Origin: an uncultured delta proteobacterium
GTDB lineage: Bacteria > Myxococcota > Myxococcia > Myxococcales > Myxococcaceae
DNA: 64,000 nt
Reading direction: 5' to 3'
NCBI GenBank assembly: GCA_963771175.1
Contig: CAVYSY010000045.1
Location: forward strand, 1 to 64,000
Position numbers and translations under genes: made by a program. Positions 28,782 to 38,871 of this stretch are shown here, in pieces. The first letter of the stretch is position 1, and the number at the start of each line of letters is the position of its first letter. The notes beneath the pieces were generated by a model. It had not been told where the DNA came from. It saw nothing but the letters and a program-made list of their open reading frames with translations, and searched no databases.

Positions 28782-29906
28782 ATGAAGCGAACCATGCTCA
28801 AGAAGGCAGCAACGGTTCTGGAGTTGATGAGGGACACCCCCCTGGTGGCACTCAAGGGGCGCGCCGTGTCGCGACCACGGGCTCAGCTGTGGGCCAAGCT
28901 GGAGCTGGCCATGCCCGGCCAGATGAAGGACCGGGTTGCGCTCAAGGCCATCGAGGATGCGGAGGCTCGTGGGCAGCTCTCGCCGGGCGGCATCATCGCG
29001 GAGAGTTCCTCGGGCACCATGGCGGAGGGGCTGGCCCGGGTGGGCGCGGTGAAGGGCTACCGCGTCATCATCGTCACCGATCCGCGGATCGACACGGGCC
29101 TGCTCAACAAGCTGCGCGCCTTCGGGGCCGAGGTGGATGTCGTCGAGAGCTACCACCCGACGGGGGGCTGGCAGCAGGCGCGGCTGATGCGGCTGCGGGA
29201 GATCCTCCGCGCGAATCCGGGTGCGTTCTGGCCACGGCAGTACGACTCTCCCAGCAACCCCGGGGCCTACACGGAGACGATGACGGCGGAGTTGGTCGAT
29301 GCGCTCGGGCCGCGTATCGCGGCGCTGGTGGGCACCGTCGGCAGCGGTGGCTCGCTCACCGGGACCGCGGAGCGGCTCAAGGCGCTGGCGCCGGGGGTCC
29401 GCATCGTGGCGGTGGATGCGGTGGGCTCGGTCATCTTCCACCAGCCCAACCTCCCGCGCCTCCAGAGCGGCCACGGAAACAGCATCATCGCCGGCAACAT
29501 CAACTACCGTGTCATCGATGAGGCGCACTGGCTGTCGGACGGCGAGGTGTTCAACGCCTGCCACGAGCTGGCGCGGCGCGAGTCCATCTTCGGCGGGGGC
29601 TCGTCCGGCGCCGCCTACGTGGTGGCCTCCTGGCTGGCCGAGCAGTTCGCGCCAGAGCAGCATGTCGTGGCGCTGATGCCGGACCGGGGGGATCGCTACT
29701 GCGAGACCATCTACTCGCGGAGCTACCTGGCCGAGCATGGGTTGGTCGGGGTGGAGGCGGCGGCTGCCCCCACGCCCATCCGCTATGGCGTGGACGTGGC
29801 CGATCGCTGGAGCCATGCCTCCTTGCCCCATGAGGGCTCCGTCCCCTACTACTCGCCTTCCGTGATGCGCAGCAGCGTGTTGACGCGGGCGCTGGAAATG
29901 GAGTGA
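28782..29906 (+). CDS. Cysteine-synthase-like PLP-dependent beta-replacement enzyme (DabA/SbnA-like)
   Basis: DTPLV, AKLELAMPGQMKDR (PLP lysine), ESSSGT, VGSGGS, GGSSG and PDRGDRY. Confidence 0.92.
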   Translation: MKRTMLKKAATVLELMRDTPLVALKGRAVSRPRAQLWAKLELAMPGQMKDRVALKAIEDAEARGQLSPGGIIAESSSGTMAEGLARVGAVKGYRVIIVTDPRIDTGLLNKLRAFGAEVDVVESYHPTGGWQQARLMRLREILRANPGAFWPRQYDSPSNPGAYTETMTAELVDALGPRIAALVGTVGSGGSLTGTAERLKALAPGVRIVAVDAVGSVIFHQPNLPRLQSGHGNSIIAGNINYRVIDEAHWLSDGEVFNACHELARRESIFGGGSSGAAYVVASWLAEQFAPEQHVVALMPDRGDRYCETIYSRSYLAEHGLVGVEAAAAPTPIRYGVDVADRWSHASLPHEGSVPYYSPSVMRSSVLTRALEME

Positions 29907-29910
29907 GCGG

Positions 29911-31164
29911 GTGAGTCATTTCGTCTTCGTCGAGAGCAACACCACCGGGACGGGGCGGCTGGCGGTGGAGCGCCTGCTGGCCCAGGGCGAACGGGTGACG
30001 TTCATCACCCGGCAGCCGGAGAAGTACCCGTTCCTCGTGGGCAACACGGCCCCCCACCTGCGGGTGTTGCGTGTGGAGACCAACGACGCGGCGGCGGTGG
30101 AGGCCAGCGTCGAGATGCTGGCGAGCGAGGGGCGCGTGGATGCGCTGCTCACCTTCTCCACGTTCTACGTGCCCACGGTGGCGGCCGTCGCGGCGCGGCG
30201 TGGCCTGCGCTACCTCCATCCGCGCGCGGCTTATGCGTGTCACCACAAGCACGAGGCGCGCACCCTGCTGCGCGCGGCGGGGCTGCCCGGGCCGGACTTC
30301 CACGTTCTCTCCTCCGAGGCGGAGGCGGAGCGGTTGGCTGGAACGCTGCGCTTCCCGTGCGTCGTGAAGCCACCCGCGGAGAGTGGTAGCACCGGGGTGC
30401 GGAGGGTGGAGACGCCCGAGGAGCTGCTGGCACACTTCCGCGCCCTGCACTCGCGCGCCGTCAACGAGCGCGGCCAGCCCTTGCTGGGGGAGGTGCTGGT
30501 GGAGTCCCTGCTGGAGGGGCCGGAGTTCAGCGTGGAGACGATGACGCTGGCGGATGGCACCACCCACGTCCTCGGCATCACCCAGAAATACCTCTCCGCG
30601 CCGCCGCACTTCGTGGAGATGGGGCATGACTTCCCGGCGGACTTGTCCCCCGAGCGGCGGCGCGCGCTGGAGGAGGCCGTGCTCGCGGGCCTCGGGGCGG
30701 TGGGCTTTGACTTCGGCCCGGCCCACACGGAGATCCGCTTCACCCCCTCCGGCCCCGTCATCATCGAGATCAACCCCCGGTTGGCTGGTGGAATGATCCC
30801 GGAGCTGGTGCGGCTGTCCACCGGAGTGGATCTGCTCACCGCGATGCTGGACCAGCTCCTGGGGCGGCCGGTGGACCTCACGCACACGCGCCAGGAGGTG
30901 GCCTGTATCCGCTTCCTCACCTCGGAGCGCCCCGGCGTGCTGGCCCGCGTGGCGGGGCTGGAAGAGGCCTCCCGGCTGGAGACGGTCCGCCAGGTGGCCG
31001 TGGACAAGGCCGCGGGGGCCCGACTCCGCTCGCCCGAGAGCGCGACGGATCGGCTGGGTTTTGTCATCGCCAGCGGACCGGAGCGTGAGCAGGTTCTCGG
31101 GGATGCGGCGCGGGCCCTCGGCCTGCTCCGGGTGGAGCTGGCCTCCGCCGAGGGGGGGTCGTGA
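29911..31164 (+). CDS. ATP-grasp amino-acid ligase
   Basis: FVESNTTGTG, FPCVVKP...GSTGVR, LVESLLEGPEFSVE, HTEIR and IIEINPRLAGG. Confidence 0.92.
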   Translation: MSHFVFVESNTTGTGRLAVERLLAQGERVTFITRQPEKYPFLVGNTAPHLRVLRVETNDAAAVEASVEMLASEGRVDALLTFSTFYVPTVAAVAARRGLRYLHPRAAYACHHKHEARTLLRAAGLPGPDFHVLSSEAEAERLAGTLRFPCVVKPPAESGSTGVRRVETPEELLAHFRALHSRAVNERGQPLLGEVLVESLLEGPEFSVETMTLADGTTHVLGITQKYLSAPPHFVEMGHDFPADLSPERRRALEEAVLAGLGAVGFDFGPAHTEIRFTPSGPVIIEINPRLAGGMIPELVRLSTGVDLLTAMLDQLLGRPVDLTHTRQEVACIRFLTSERPGVLARVAGLEEASRLETVRQVAVDKAAGARLRSPESATDRLGFVIASGPEREQVLGDAARALGLLRVELASAEGGS

Positions 31165-33800
31165 CAAGAGGGTGGGGAGGGCTTCTCGGGGCCTTGCTCG
31201 TGGCGACAGGGGCGGACGCCCAGGGGGCGCGTGAGCTGGAGCCGTCGCCCGCGCTGGTGCGGACGGTGGGATATATCGACACCCTGCGAGCGGTCTCACC
31301 GCCCACGGTGGATGGGAGCCTGGACGAGGAGGCCTGGCGGCAGGCGCCCGTCTTCCGCGACTTCCGCCAGACCCTCCCCGAGCCCGGAGCCGCTCCCAGC
31401 CAGCGGACCGAGGTGCGTGTCCTCCACGACGACGCGTACCTCTACTTCGGCATCATCTGCTTCGACACCGAGCCCGGGGCGATTGATCGGCGGCTGGGGC
31501 GCCGGGATGCGCCACCTACCTCGGATATGGTCACGGTATTCCTCAGCCCGCGCCCTGCTGCGCGCACGGGCTACGCCTTCAGCGTCAATGCCGCTGGGGT
31601 CCTCAAGGACAGCCTCATCACCGATGACAACCAGTTCACCGATGACTGGGATGCCGTCTGGGACGGAGTCTCCTCGGAGCGCTCGGACGGCTGGGCCGCG
31701 GAACTGCGCATCCCGCTGTCGCTGCTGCGTTTCGACGAAGACGTGCTCCAGCAATGGGGGGTCGGTGTCCGGCGCCACCTGGCTCGGACCCAGGAGGTCA
31801 TCGACTCGGCGGAGCTGCCTCCGGGCGCCAACGCGCTCATCTCCCGCCTGGGCTCGCTGCAGGGCCTGTCCGGGCTGAGCGCCTCGTCGTCGCTGGAGCT
31901 GAGCCCCTACGTCGCCCCCCGCCTCGTGCGCCGCCCTCAGTACACGGAGCCCTCCCGCCCATGGCCTCGCCTCTTCAACCCCGCGGCCGACGCGGGACTG
32001 GACTTCCGGTGGGCCCCGACGCGGGACCTGGCCCTGGTGGGCGCCCTCAACCCGGACTTCAGCCAGCTGGAGGCGGATCAGCTCCGGGTCAACCTCAGCA
32101 ACTTCGAGCTCTTCTTCCAAGAGCGGCGCCCCTTCTTCACCCAGGGGATGGAGCTGTTCGTCCCGGTGAGTGCCAACGAGGGGCGGGCCCGGCAGATCCT
32201 CTTCTACTCGCGCCGCATCGGGCTGGATGCGCCCATCCTCGGCGCGGTCAAGCTGACGGGCACGGTGGGCGAGGAGCTGGACATCGGCGTGCTGGACTCG
32301 CTGGTGATGGGCGCAGCGGATCCGGCCAAGGAGGCAGCGCTGGTGCGGGGAGAGGCTCCGGACGAGTCGAACCCCCGCCGGCAGGTGGGCTTCCACCCCA
32401 AGCGCCCGTTCCACCTGGGGCTGGATGACGAGCTGCCCTCCCTGGAGCCGGTGACGCGCAACTTCCTGGCCGCGGTGGTGCGGCGCCGCTTCGGCGCCCT
32501 GGGCTCTGTCGGAGGCACGGTGGCGGCCGTCACCCCCTTCGCGGCGCCTTGCCCGCGCGAGGAGCCGGGACAGGCGCCGGACACCGTGGCGCTGGCGCGC
32601 TGCCGCCCGGTGGGGGCGCAGGTGGGCTCGTTGGATTGGACACTTGGCACGGCCTCGGGCGAGTGGCGCGTGCTCGGCCACGTGGCGGGCTCGCGCGTGA
32701 CGGGCGGCGCGCCCGAGGGAGAGGTGCTGGCGGACGGCACCCTGCTGCGGGCGGGGGACACGGGCCTGGGAGCCTTCGTGCGTGCGGGCAAGCTGGGCGG
32801 CGAGCCGCTGCGCTTCTCGGTCGGGTACACGCGTGCCTCCCCGCGCTTGGAGCTCAACCGTACCGGCTACCTCGTCGCGCAGAACGAGCAGACCGCGGAC
32901 ATGCAGCTCACCTGGGTCCGTGCCTCTCGCCAGGGGTGGCTCGAGTCCCTGGAGTCCAACCTCACCCTGCTCGGCCGCTGGTCCTCGGACGAGCGCGGCG
33001 TGGGGCTGGCCCAGCGCCTCATCTCCGTCACCGAGGCCGTCCTGACTGGCTACCACACGCTCACCTTCACCGCGGGCTACGAGGTGGGGCGCCGGGACAT
33101 CTGGGAAATCGTCGGCACCGGCATTCCGGTGGAGCGCCCCAACCACCTCTATCTGGATGGCAGCCTGAGCACGGATCCTCGCCGCAGCGTCGTCCTGAAG
33201 GCCTCGGGCTACTTCGAGCGGCTCTTCTCCCAGGGCGCCAGCCCCACCCAGTCCGGCGGTGGAGGGGGGCTGACCCTCCAGATGAACGCCCACCCGGCGC
33301 TGGAGACGCGGCTGGAGGTGTCCCTGGAGCGGCCAGGGGAGGGCGCTCGGTTCCTGGAGGCGCTGGGCCCGGGCCGCTTCCTCTTTGGCGAACTGGAGCC
33401 CCAGTACGTCACCCTGACGCTGCGCCAGCTCTGGGTCATCACCCCGCGGCTGACCTTCCAGGGCTACGGCCAGCTCTTCCATGGCTCTGTACGGGCGAGC
33501 GCCGTCTACGAGGCCGCGCCCGAGCCAGGGGGGCCGGTTCGTCTGGTGGATCTGGTGCCGGCCTCCGCGGACTCGCGGCCAGACTTCGACGTCTCCGGCC
33601 TCAACCTCAACCTCGTGCTGCGCTGGGAGTACCGCCCGGGTGCCAGCTTCTACGTCGTCTATTCGCGCACGCAGAACGGGCTGCCGCTGGCGCCCTCCGG
33701 CCTCCGTCCCGAGCCCGGCCTGGTGCCGCGCGGCGAGCTCTGGAAGGGCCCCGCCACGGATCTGCTGCTGCTGAAGCTGTCCTGGTGGTGGGCGGCCTGA
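31161..33800 (+). CDS. Secreted/outer-membrane protein, CBM9-like N-terminus plus DUF5916-like beta-barrel
   Basis: Signal peptide; VDGSLDEEAW, WDAVW, GWAAELRIP, LNPDFSQLEAD, ERRPFF, FYSRRIG, NLVLRWEYRPG; aromatic C-terminus KLSWWW. Confidence 0.75.
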   Translation: MTRGWGGLLGALLVATGADAQGARELEPSPALVRTVGYIDTLRAVSPPTVDGSLDEEAWRQAPVFRDFRQTLPEPGAAPSQRTEVRVLHDDAYLYFGIICFDTEPGAIDRRLGRRDAPPTSDMVTVFLSPRPAARTGYAFSVNAAGVLKDSLITDDNQFTDDWDAVWDGVSSERSDGWAAELRIPLSLLRFDEDVLQQWGVGVRRHLARTQEVIDSAELPPGANALISRLGSLQGLSGLSASSSLELSPYVAPRLVRRPQYTEPSRPWPRLFNPAADAGLDFRWAPTRDLALVGALNPDFSQLEADQLRVNLSNFELFFQERRPFFTQGMELFVPVSANEGRARQILFYSRRIGLDAPILGAVKLTGTVGEELDIGVLDSLVMGAADPAKEAALVRGEAPDESNPRRQVGFHPKRPFHLGLDDELPSLEPVTRNFLAAVVRRRFGALGSVGGTVAAVTPFAAPCPREEPGQAPDTVALARCRPVGAQVGSLDWTLGTASGEWRVLGHVAGSRVTGGAPEGEVLADGTLLRAGDTGLGAFVRAGKLGGEPLRFSVGYTRASPRLELNRTGYLVAQNEQTADMQLTWVRASRQGWLESLESNLTLLGRWSSDERGVGLAQRLISVTEAVLTGYHTLTFTAGYEVGRRDIWEIVGTGIPVERPNHLYLDGSLSTDPRRSVVLKASGYFERLFSQGASPTQSGGGGGLTLQMNAHPALETRLEVSLERPGEGARFLEALGPGRFLFGELEPQYVTLTLRQLWVITPRLTFQGYGQLFHGSVRASAVYEAAPEPGGPVRLVDLVPASADSRPDFDVSGLNLNLVLRWEYRPGASFYVVYSRTQNGLPLAPSGLRPEPGLVPRGELWKGPATDLLLLKLSWWWAA

Positions 33801-33810
33801 GCGTCCGGCC

Positions 33811-35649
33811 TCAGTCCACGCGCCAGCGCATCCAGCGGGACAGGCCCACGAAGCTGGCCAGTGTCACCACGGCCAGCACCGCGAGGTCCAGCGCGAAGCG
33901 GGCATCCACGGTGCCATCCAGCGCCCGGCGCAGCGCGTCCGCCGCGTAGGTGGGGGGCAGCAGCATCCCGAGTGCCCGCAGGGGCGGGGGCAGCGCCTCC
34001 GCGGGGATGAACACGGGCGCGGCCAGCAGCAGCAGGGAGATGAGGGCATTGGTGACGACCACGAGCAGGTCCAGGTCTCGGATGAGCGAGCCCAGCACCA
34101 GACCTGCTCCGCAGAAGGACAACGCGCTGAGCGGGACGAGCACCAGCAGCCAGGGGCTCAGCTCCAGCCGGATGCCGTGCAGCAGCCAGCCGGCGAGCAG
34201 CGGGGTGACGACCCCGGGGAAGATGATGAACACGCGGGAGAGGACGAGGGAGGCGACGAAGGAGGCCTGGCTGATGGGCAGAGCGGCGTAATAGATGAGC
34301 CGCCCGTCCTTGCGCATCATCCCGATGCGCTGCGCGCAGGTGAGGAGCCCCTCGGTGGCCACCGCGAACACCGCTGCCCCGCTGACGATGTAGAGCAGGC
34401 TCATCCGGTCGCTCAGGCCCAGGCCGATGCGCGACAGCCCGAACACCATCGCCACCGGCATGAAGAGGGAGAAGACGGCGTTCCAGGCCCAGGTGTGCCG
34501 CACCTCCAGCATGTGCTCGAACCACAGGTACTTGAGCGCCACCAGCTCGCGCCGCAGGCGGCTCGGGCCGGGCGAGGGGCTCTCCTCGATGCTCGGGACT
34601 GGTGGCAGTGCTGGGGCCTCCTCGCACGCGCCGCGGTCCAGATCCAGATACACCTCTTCCAGGGAAGGAGGGGCGAGTCGGAGATCCTCCACCCGTTGCA
34701 ACCCCAGCGCCTGGAGGATCTCGGCGCTGGCCTGCCCGGCGCGCTGGGGCTCCAGGTAGGTGCGATAGTGCCCCTCGCGGATCTCGGTGACCTGACCATG
34801 GCCGCGCAGCCGCTCCAACTCCCAGTCCTCCAGCCGCACGCCCTCCTTGAGCTGCAGCTCCAGCCGCACGTGGCCGCCCGCGCGCTGCTTGATGTCCTGG
34901 GGCGTCCCGAGTGCGATGATGCGCCCCCGGTCCATCACCGCCACGCGGTGGATGACCCGCTCGGCCTCCAGCACGTTGTGGGTGACGAGCAGGCAGGTGA
35001 GGCCCTGCTCCCGGTTGAGCTGATCCAGGGTGTCCCAGACGAGGCGCCGCTTGTGCGGATCCAACTCGTTGGTGGGCTCGTCGAGGATGAGCAGCCGGGG
35101 GTTTCCCATGAGTGCCATGCCGAAGCCGACCAGCCGCGACATGCCGCCACTGAGGTGGTTGACGTACCGCCGCCGGAAGTCGCCCAGGCCGAGCATGTCG
35201 ATGAGCTGGCGGGTCTGCGCGCGCGCGTCATGCTCGCTCTGGCCCCTCAGCCGTCCGGTGTAGTGCAGCGCGCGCTCCACCTCCACGTAGTGGAGCGCCA
35301 GCTCGCCCTGGGGCAGGAAGCCGATCAGCTCCTTCACCGCGTCCGGCTGGCGAACGACGTCCACGTGCTCGACCTGGAGGTGGCCCGAGGTGGGGCGCAT
35401 GAGCCCCATGAGCTGCATGACGAGCGTCGTCTTCCCGGCGCCGTTGGGCCCCAGCAGCCCGAAGATCTCTCCGCGGTGGATGTCGAAGGAGAGCCGATCG
35501 TTGGCGACCACTGGCGGCTCGCCGGGAAACGTACGGACCAGCTCCCGCACCGCCACCGCCACGCGAGGGGTCACTGCGGGCGCCAGGGGGGCGAGGGGCT
35601 CGGCGGGGGGGGCAACAAGGAGTAGGGGCTGCCCGGGAGTGGAGTTCAC
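33811..35649 (-). CDS. ABC exporter: ATPase fused to an ABC-2-type permease
   Basis: GPNGAGKTT, LSGGM, ILDEP and THN, followed by a 6-TM domain with APVFIP...LPP...PPTYA. Confidence 0.88.
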   Translation of the reverse strand: MNSTPGQPLLLVAPPAEPLAPLAPAVTPRVAVAVRELVRTFPGEPPVVANDRLSFDIHRGEIFGLLGPNGAGKTTLVMQLMGLMRPTSGHLQVEHVDVVRQPDAVKELIGFLPQGELALHYVEVERALHYTGRLRGQSEHDARAQTRQLIDMLGLGDFRRRYVNHLSGGMSRLVGFGMALMGNPRLLILDEPTNELDPHKRRLVWDTLDQLNREQGLTCLLVTHNVLEAERVIHRVAVMDRGRIIALGTPQDIKQRAGGHVRLELQLKEGVRLEDWELERLRGHGQVTEIREGHYRTYLEPQRAGQASAEILQALGLQRVEDLRLAPPSLEEVYLDLDRGACEEAPALPPVPSIEESPSPGPSRLRRELVALKYLWFEHMLEVRHTWAWNAVFSLFMPVAMVFGLSRIGLGLSDRMSLLYIVSGAAVFAVATEGLLTCAQRIGMMRKDGRLIYYAALPISQASFVASLVLSRVFIIFPGVVTPLLAGWLLHGIRLELSPWLLVLVPLSALSFCGAGLVLGSLIRDLDLLVVVTNALISLLLLAAPVFIPAEALPPPLRALGMLLPPTYAADALRRALDGTVDARFALDLAVLAVVTLASFVGLSRWMRWRVD

Positions 35650-37940
35650 AGCTCCTCCGTCTGCGTGATGACCGTGGTGTCGGTGAAGCCGAAGCCATAC
35701 GGGGCCGCCATGAGGGTGGAGGGCCGCCGCTGGGACTCAGGGAGGGTGGGGATGCCCAGGGAGACGGCGCTGGCGCGCACGCGCACCGGGCCTCCCCCCC
35801 GCACCCTCAGGAAGAAGGGGAGCCCTTCCGGCGGGGGCTGCCAATAGTCGAGGTGGAGCCCCGCCCCCGCGGCGAGCACCGCGCCCGGCACTGGGGAGCC
35901 ACCCACCCGGGCCTCGAGGAGCTCCATCGGCGGCAGATCCAACTGGAGCAGCGCCGCGCCAGGGGGGACCTCCACCCGGAGGGTGAGGACGCGCACCTCG
36001 CCCTCCCGGCGCTCCTCGAGCAGGAGGGTGCGAGCCGGAGACAGCGGCAGCAGAGGCGCCTCGCGGTAGAGCACCTCCGTCTCCAGCCAGGGCAGGGCCT
36101 CGTCGAAGCGTCGCGCCGAGGGAGCCGTGCCGAGGAACTGCTCCGCCCACTGGCCATGGGTGGCCTCGTGGGACAGCCAGAAGGCCCGGCGCCCATCCCC
36201 GTCCAGCCAGTAGGCGATGCTCTCGGGCCAGGGGCGGGACGCCGAGGGGCTCGCCGCCAGCGCCCCGGCCACCAACAGCACCCCTCCGGCCGCCATCGCC
36301 CCGGCTGCCAGGGCGTGCCAGCGCTCGCGGATGAGCCACGCCAGGGCGGGAGCTAGCAGCCCGAGCACCAGGGAAGCGAGGAGCAGGCCCACGCCCGCCA
36401 GCGAGAGCCCGAGTGCCGAGAGGAGCGGGTACAGGGTGGAGGTGACCAGCATCAGCAGGGGCGCCCCACCCGCGGCGAGCACCAGCCCCGCCGCCCATGG
36501 GCGCTCGCCCACGCGGCGCAGGGCGAGGTGCGTCAGCCAGGCCAGGAGCAGGGGCCACGCGAAGAGATAGCTTGCCCCGGGGAGGAGCACGGCGGTGGCC
36601 ACCGCGAGCGCGGCCCATGGCAGCCGTGCCCCGTGCCCCCACTCCTCCTCCTGCACGCGCGCCTGCCCCCAGCGCCGGGCCAGCGTGAAGGGCACGAGCG
36701 CCAGGGCGAGGAGGCCGGCCTGGAAGGGCGCCGGTGTGTGGGCATCTCCCTGGGCGAAGGCCTCCAACCCGGTGGCGTTCTGCGTGGCGCGCCACGCCAG
36801 GGTGACGAGCACCGCCGCGGCCAGGGCGCTCAGCACCGTTCCCACCACCGCCAGGGCCAGCCCCCGGATCCTGAGCCGCCCGGCGCGCACCGCGCCCACC
36901 AGGGTGAGCACCTCGAGCACCAGCAGCAGCACCGCGAGCGGAATGGCCCATGCCCGGGGGTACGCGACGAGCCAGTCTCCCACCGGGTTGAAGTAGACGA
37001 GCCCCTGGGCCTCTCGAGGCGGCGTCTCCCCGTCCGCGAGCGCGCGCGTGAGGGCCAGCAGGTTCTCGCCATGGTGCTGGAGGCTGCCGTCGTCGAGCTG
37101 CTCCGGCGTGTCCAGCCACGTGTGGTAGTGGATGAGCCCCTCGATGAAGGCGAAGTTCATCCCCGCCAGGCCCGCCTGGCGGAAGATGGACAGGTCGGTG
37201 TCGGCCGACAGGTAGGGGTAGAGCTCTCCCGCGAGCGAGTTGCCCATCGGGTGGGGGGCCACCTCCCTGAACCGCTGGATGAGCCAGCCCTGGGGCCCGG
37301 TCGTCTCGAAGAGGAGGGAGGGCCCGCGCGTGCCACGGGCCTCGAAGTTGAGGGTGACCGCCACCTTCGCGAAGAGCGGGTGCTGGAGGAAGCCCTCGGC
37401 GCCGAGCAGCCCCGCCTCTTCCGCGTCCGTGAACAGAAAGAGGACGTCGTGTCGTGGTGGCGGCTCGGTGCGCAGGGCCCGCAGGGCCTCCAGCATGGCC
37501 GCGACCGCGGCGCCGTTGTCCGCGGCGCCGGGGCCGCTGGGGACCGAGTCGTAGTGCCCCACCACCAGCACGGCGTGGTGGCCCTCGGTGCCCGGCAGGC
37601 GCGCGAGGACGTTGTGCACGGTGGCTGCCACCACGGCGCCAGGGGCCCCCTGCGCCCGGAGGAGCTCGGTGGTCTGTACCTCGGGGGACACACCCAGCTC
37701 GGTCAGGCGCGCGAGCAGCTCCCGCCGCACCTCGGCCAGGCGCGCCGAGCCCACCGGCCGGGGCTGCGCCGTGAGCCAGGCGAGGTGCTGGCGCGCGCGC
37801 GCCGCCGAGAACGCGCCCACGGGCGCAGCTCCTCCCAGGGCGGCAGGCGGACGGTGGGTGGCGAGCGCGAGCACGACCGCCGCGGCCAGCAGGAAGGCCA
37901 GGCCGAGGCGTGGTGCGAGTTCGGGCGGGAGCCGGCTCAT
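35646..37940 (-). CDS. M28-family membrane-bound metallopeptidase (ERMP1-like architecture)
   Basis: GHYDSV, GAADNG, DAEEAGLLG, NFEARG and YHT Zn-site motifs, followed by a multi-TM region. Confidence 0.88.
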   Translation of the reverse strand: MSRLPPELAPRLGLAFLLAAAVVLALATHRPPAALGGAAPVGAFSAARARQHLAWLTAQPRPVGSARLAEVRRELLARLTELGVSPEVQTTELLRAQGAPGAVVAATVHNVLARLPGTEGHHAVLVVGHYDSVPSGPGAADNGAAVAAMLEALRALRTEPPPRHDVLFLFTDAEEAGLLGAEGFLQHPLFAKVAVTLNFEARGTRGPSLLFETTGPQGWLIQRFREVAPHPMGNSLAGELYPYLSADTDLSIFRQAGLAGMNFAFIEGLIHYHTWLDTPEQLDDGSLQHHGENLLALTRALADGETPPREAQGLVYFNPVGDWLVAYPRAWAIPLAVLLLVLEVLTLVGAVRAGRLRIRGLALAVVGTVLSALAAAVLVTLAWRATQNATGLEAFAQGDAHTPAPFQAGLLALALVPFTLARRWGQARVQEEEWGHGARLPWAALAVATAVLLPGASYLFAWPLLLAWLTHLALRRVGERPWAAGLVLAAGGAPLLMLVTSTLYPLLSALGLSLAGVGLLLASLVLGLLAPALAWLIRERWHALAAGAMAAGGVLLVAGALAASPSASRPWPESIAYWLDGDGRRAFWLSHEATHGQWAEQFLGTAPSARRFDEALPWLETEVLYREAPLLPLSPARTLLLEERREGEVRVLTLRVEVPPGAALLQLDLPPMELLEARVGGSPVPGAVLAAGAGLHLDYWQPPPEGLPFFLRVRGGGPVRVRASAVSLGIPTLPESQRRPSTLMAAPYGFGFTDTTVITQTEEL

Positions 37941-37956
37941 GCGTCGGTTCAGGGGC

Positions 37957-38871
37957 TCAGGCCGCCACCGCGAGGCGGGGTTCCTCCACCACCTCGGCCT
38001 GCGTGGCGGGCCGCGCCCAGACGATGAAGAGGGCGGGGTAGAGCAGGAAGAGGTGCCAGAACGAGATGTTCATCGTGAGGCCAACTCCCATGTGGAACAT
38101 CATGGACATGGCCCCCAGCCAGCGTGGGAAGCGCCCCAGCACCAGTCCCAGGGGAAGGAAGCCGAACTCGAAGATCCCGGCGAACAGTGTGGAGGCGGTG
38201 AAGAACCAGGGGAAGCGGGTGAGCTCCCGGCCAATCCACCCCCCTGTCTCCAGCGTCTGGATGAACGGGGTCTGCCCGAGCACGAACCAGTCCAGGCCGC
38301 CGGAGAGCAGCTTGGCCAGCCCGGCCTGGAAGTAGAAGACCGCGATGAAGAGCTGCATCGCGCCCATGGCGAACGAGGCCCGCTGCTGCTCGGCGAGCGG
38401 GTCCACCGGGGGGCGCGTCCGCCCCAGCCTCGCATCGAGCGAGAGGGCCTGTCCGCAGGGGAAGAGGCAGAGCGCGAGCAGGAAGAAGTTCAGGTAGGTG
38501 TTGTAGGCCCACGTCGGCCGGGTGAAGCAGGCGACGTAGTAGTTCCATGCGGTGAAGAGGGTGCCGAACAGCACCGCCGAGGGGCGCGTGGCCAGCCCGA
38601 GGGTGAAGAGCACCCCGGTGAGGATGATGGCTGCCTCGAGCACCCACAGCCCCGTACGCCCCAGCGGCGGGAAGAACGAGAAGAGCGGGCTCGGGCGGTA
38701 CAGCAGATCCGCGGTGTCGATCAGGAACTGGCTGTACGGCTCCAGCAGCACGTAGGCGATGCAGATGAGCCCCACTGAGATGCGCATGAGGGCCAGCCGA
38801 CGCAGGGGCTCGGGCTGCTCGAAGAGGAGGCGGTACAAATGGGTCTCGAGCTGGCGGAGTCGGGCCATCAT
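37957..38871 (-). CDS. HTTM-domain / vitamin-K-dependent gamma-carboxylase-like (SdpB-like) membrane protein
   Basis: LALMRISVG, LFTLGLATR, QALSLDA, YFQAGLAKL...W, FEFGF and FHMGVGLTMNISF pattern. Confidence 0.75.
   Translation of the reverse strand: MMARLRQLETHLYRLLFEQPEPLRRLALMRISVGLICIAYVLLEPYSQFLIDTADLLYRPSPLFSFFPPLGRTGLWVLEAAIILTGVLFTLGLATRPSAVLFGTLFTAWNYYVACFTRPTWAYNTYLNFFLLALCLFPCGQALSLDARLGRTRPPVDPLAEQQRASFAMGAMQLFIAVFYFQAGLAKLLSGGLDWFVLGQTPFIQTLETGGWIGRELTRFPWFFTASTLFAGIFEFGFLPLGLVLGRFPRWLGAMSMMFHMGVGLTMNISFWHLFLLYPALFIVWARPATQAEVVEEPRLAVAA

Noticed and set aside
27268..29906. Housekeeping argH and cysK
   Set aside because: The motifs are divergent (e.g. PGQMKDR, QKRN) and the operon context with a kinase and an ATP-grasp ligase points to secondary metabolism.
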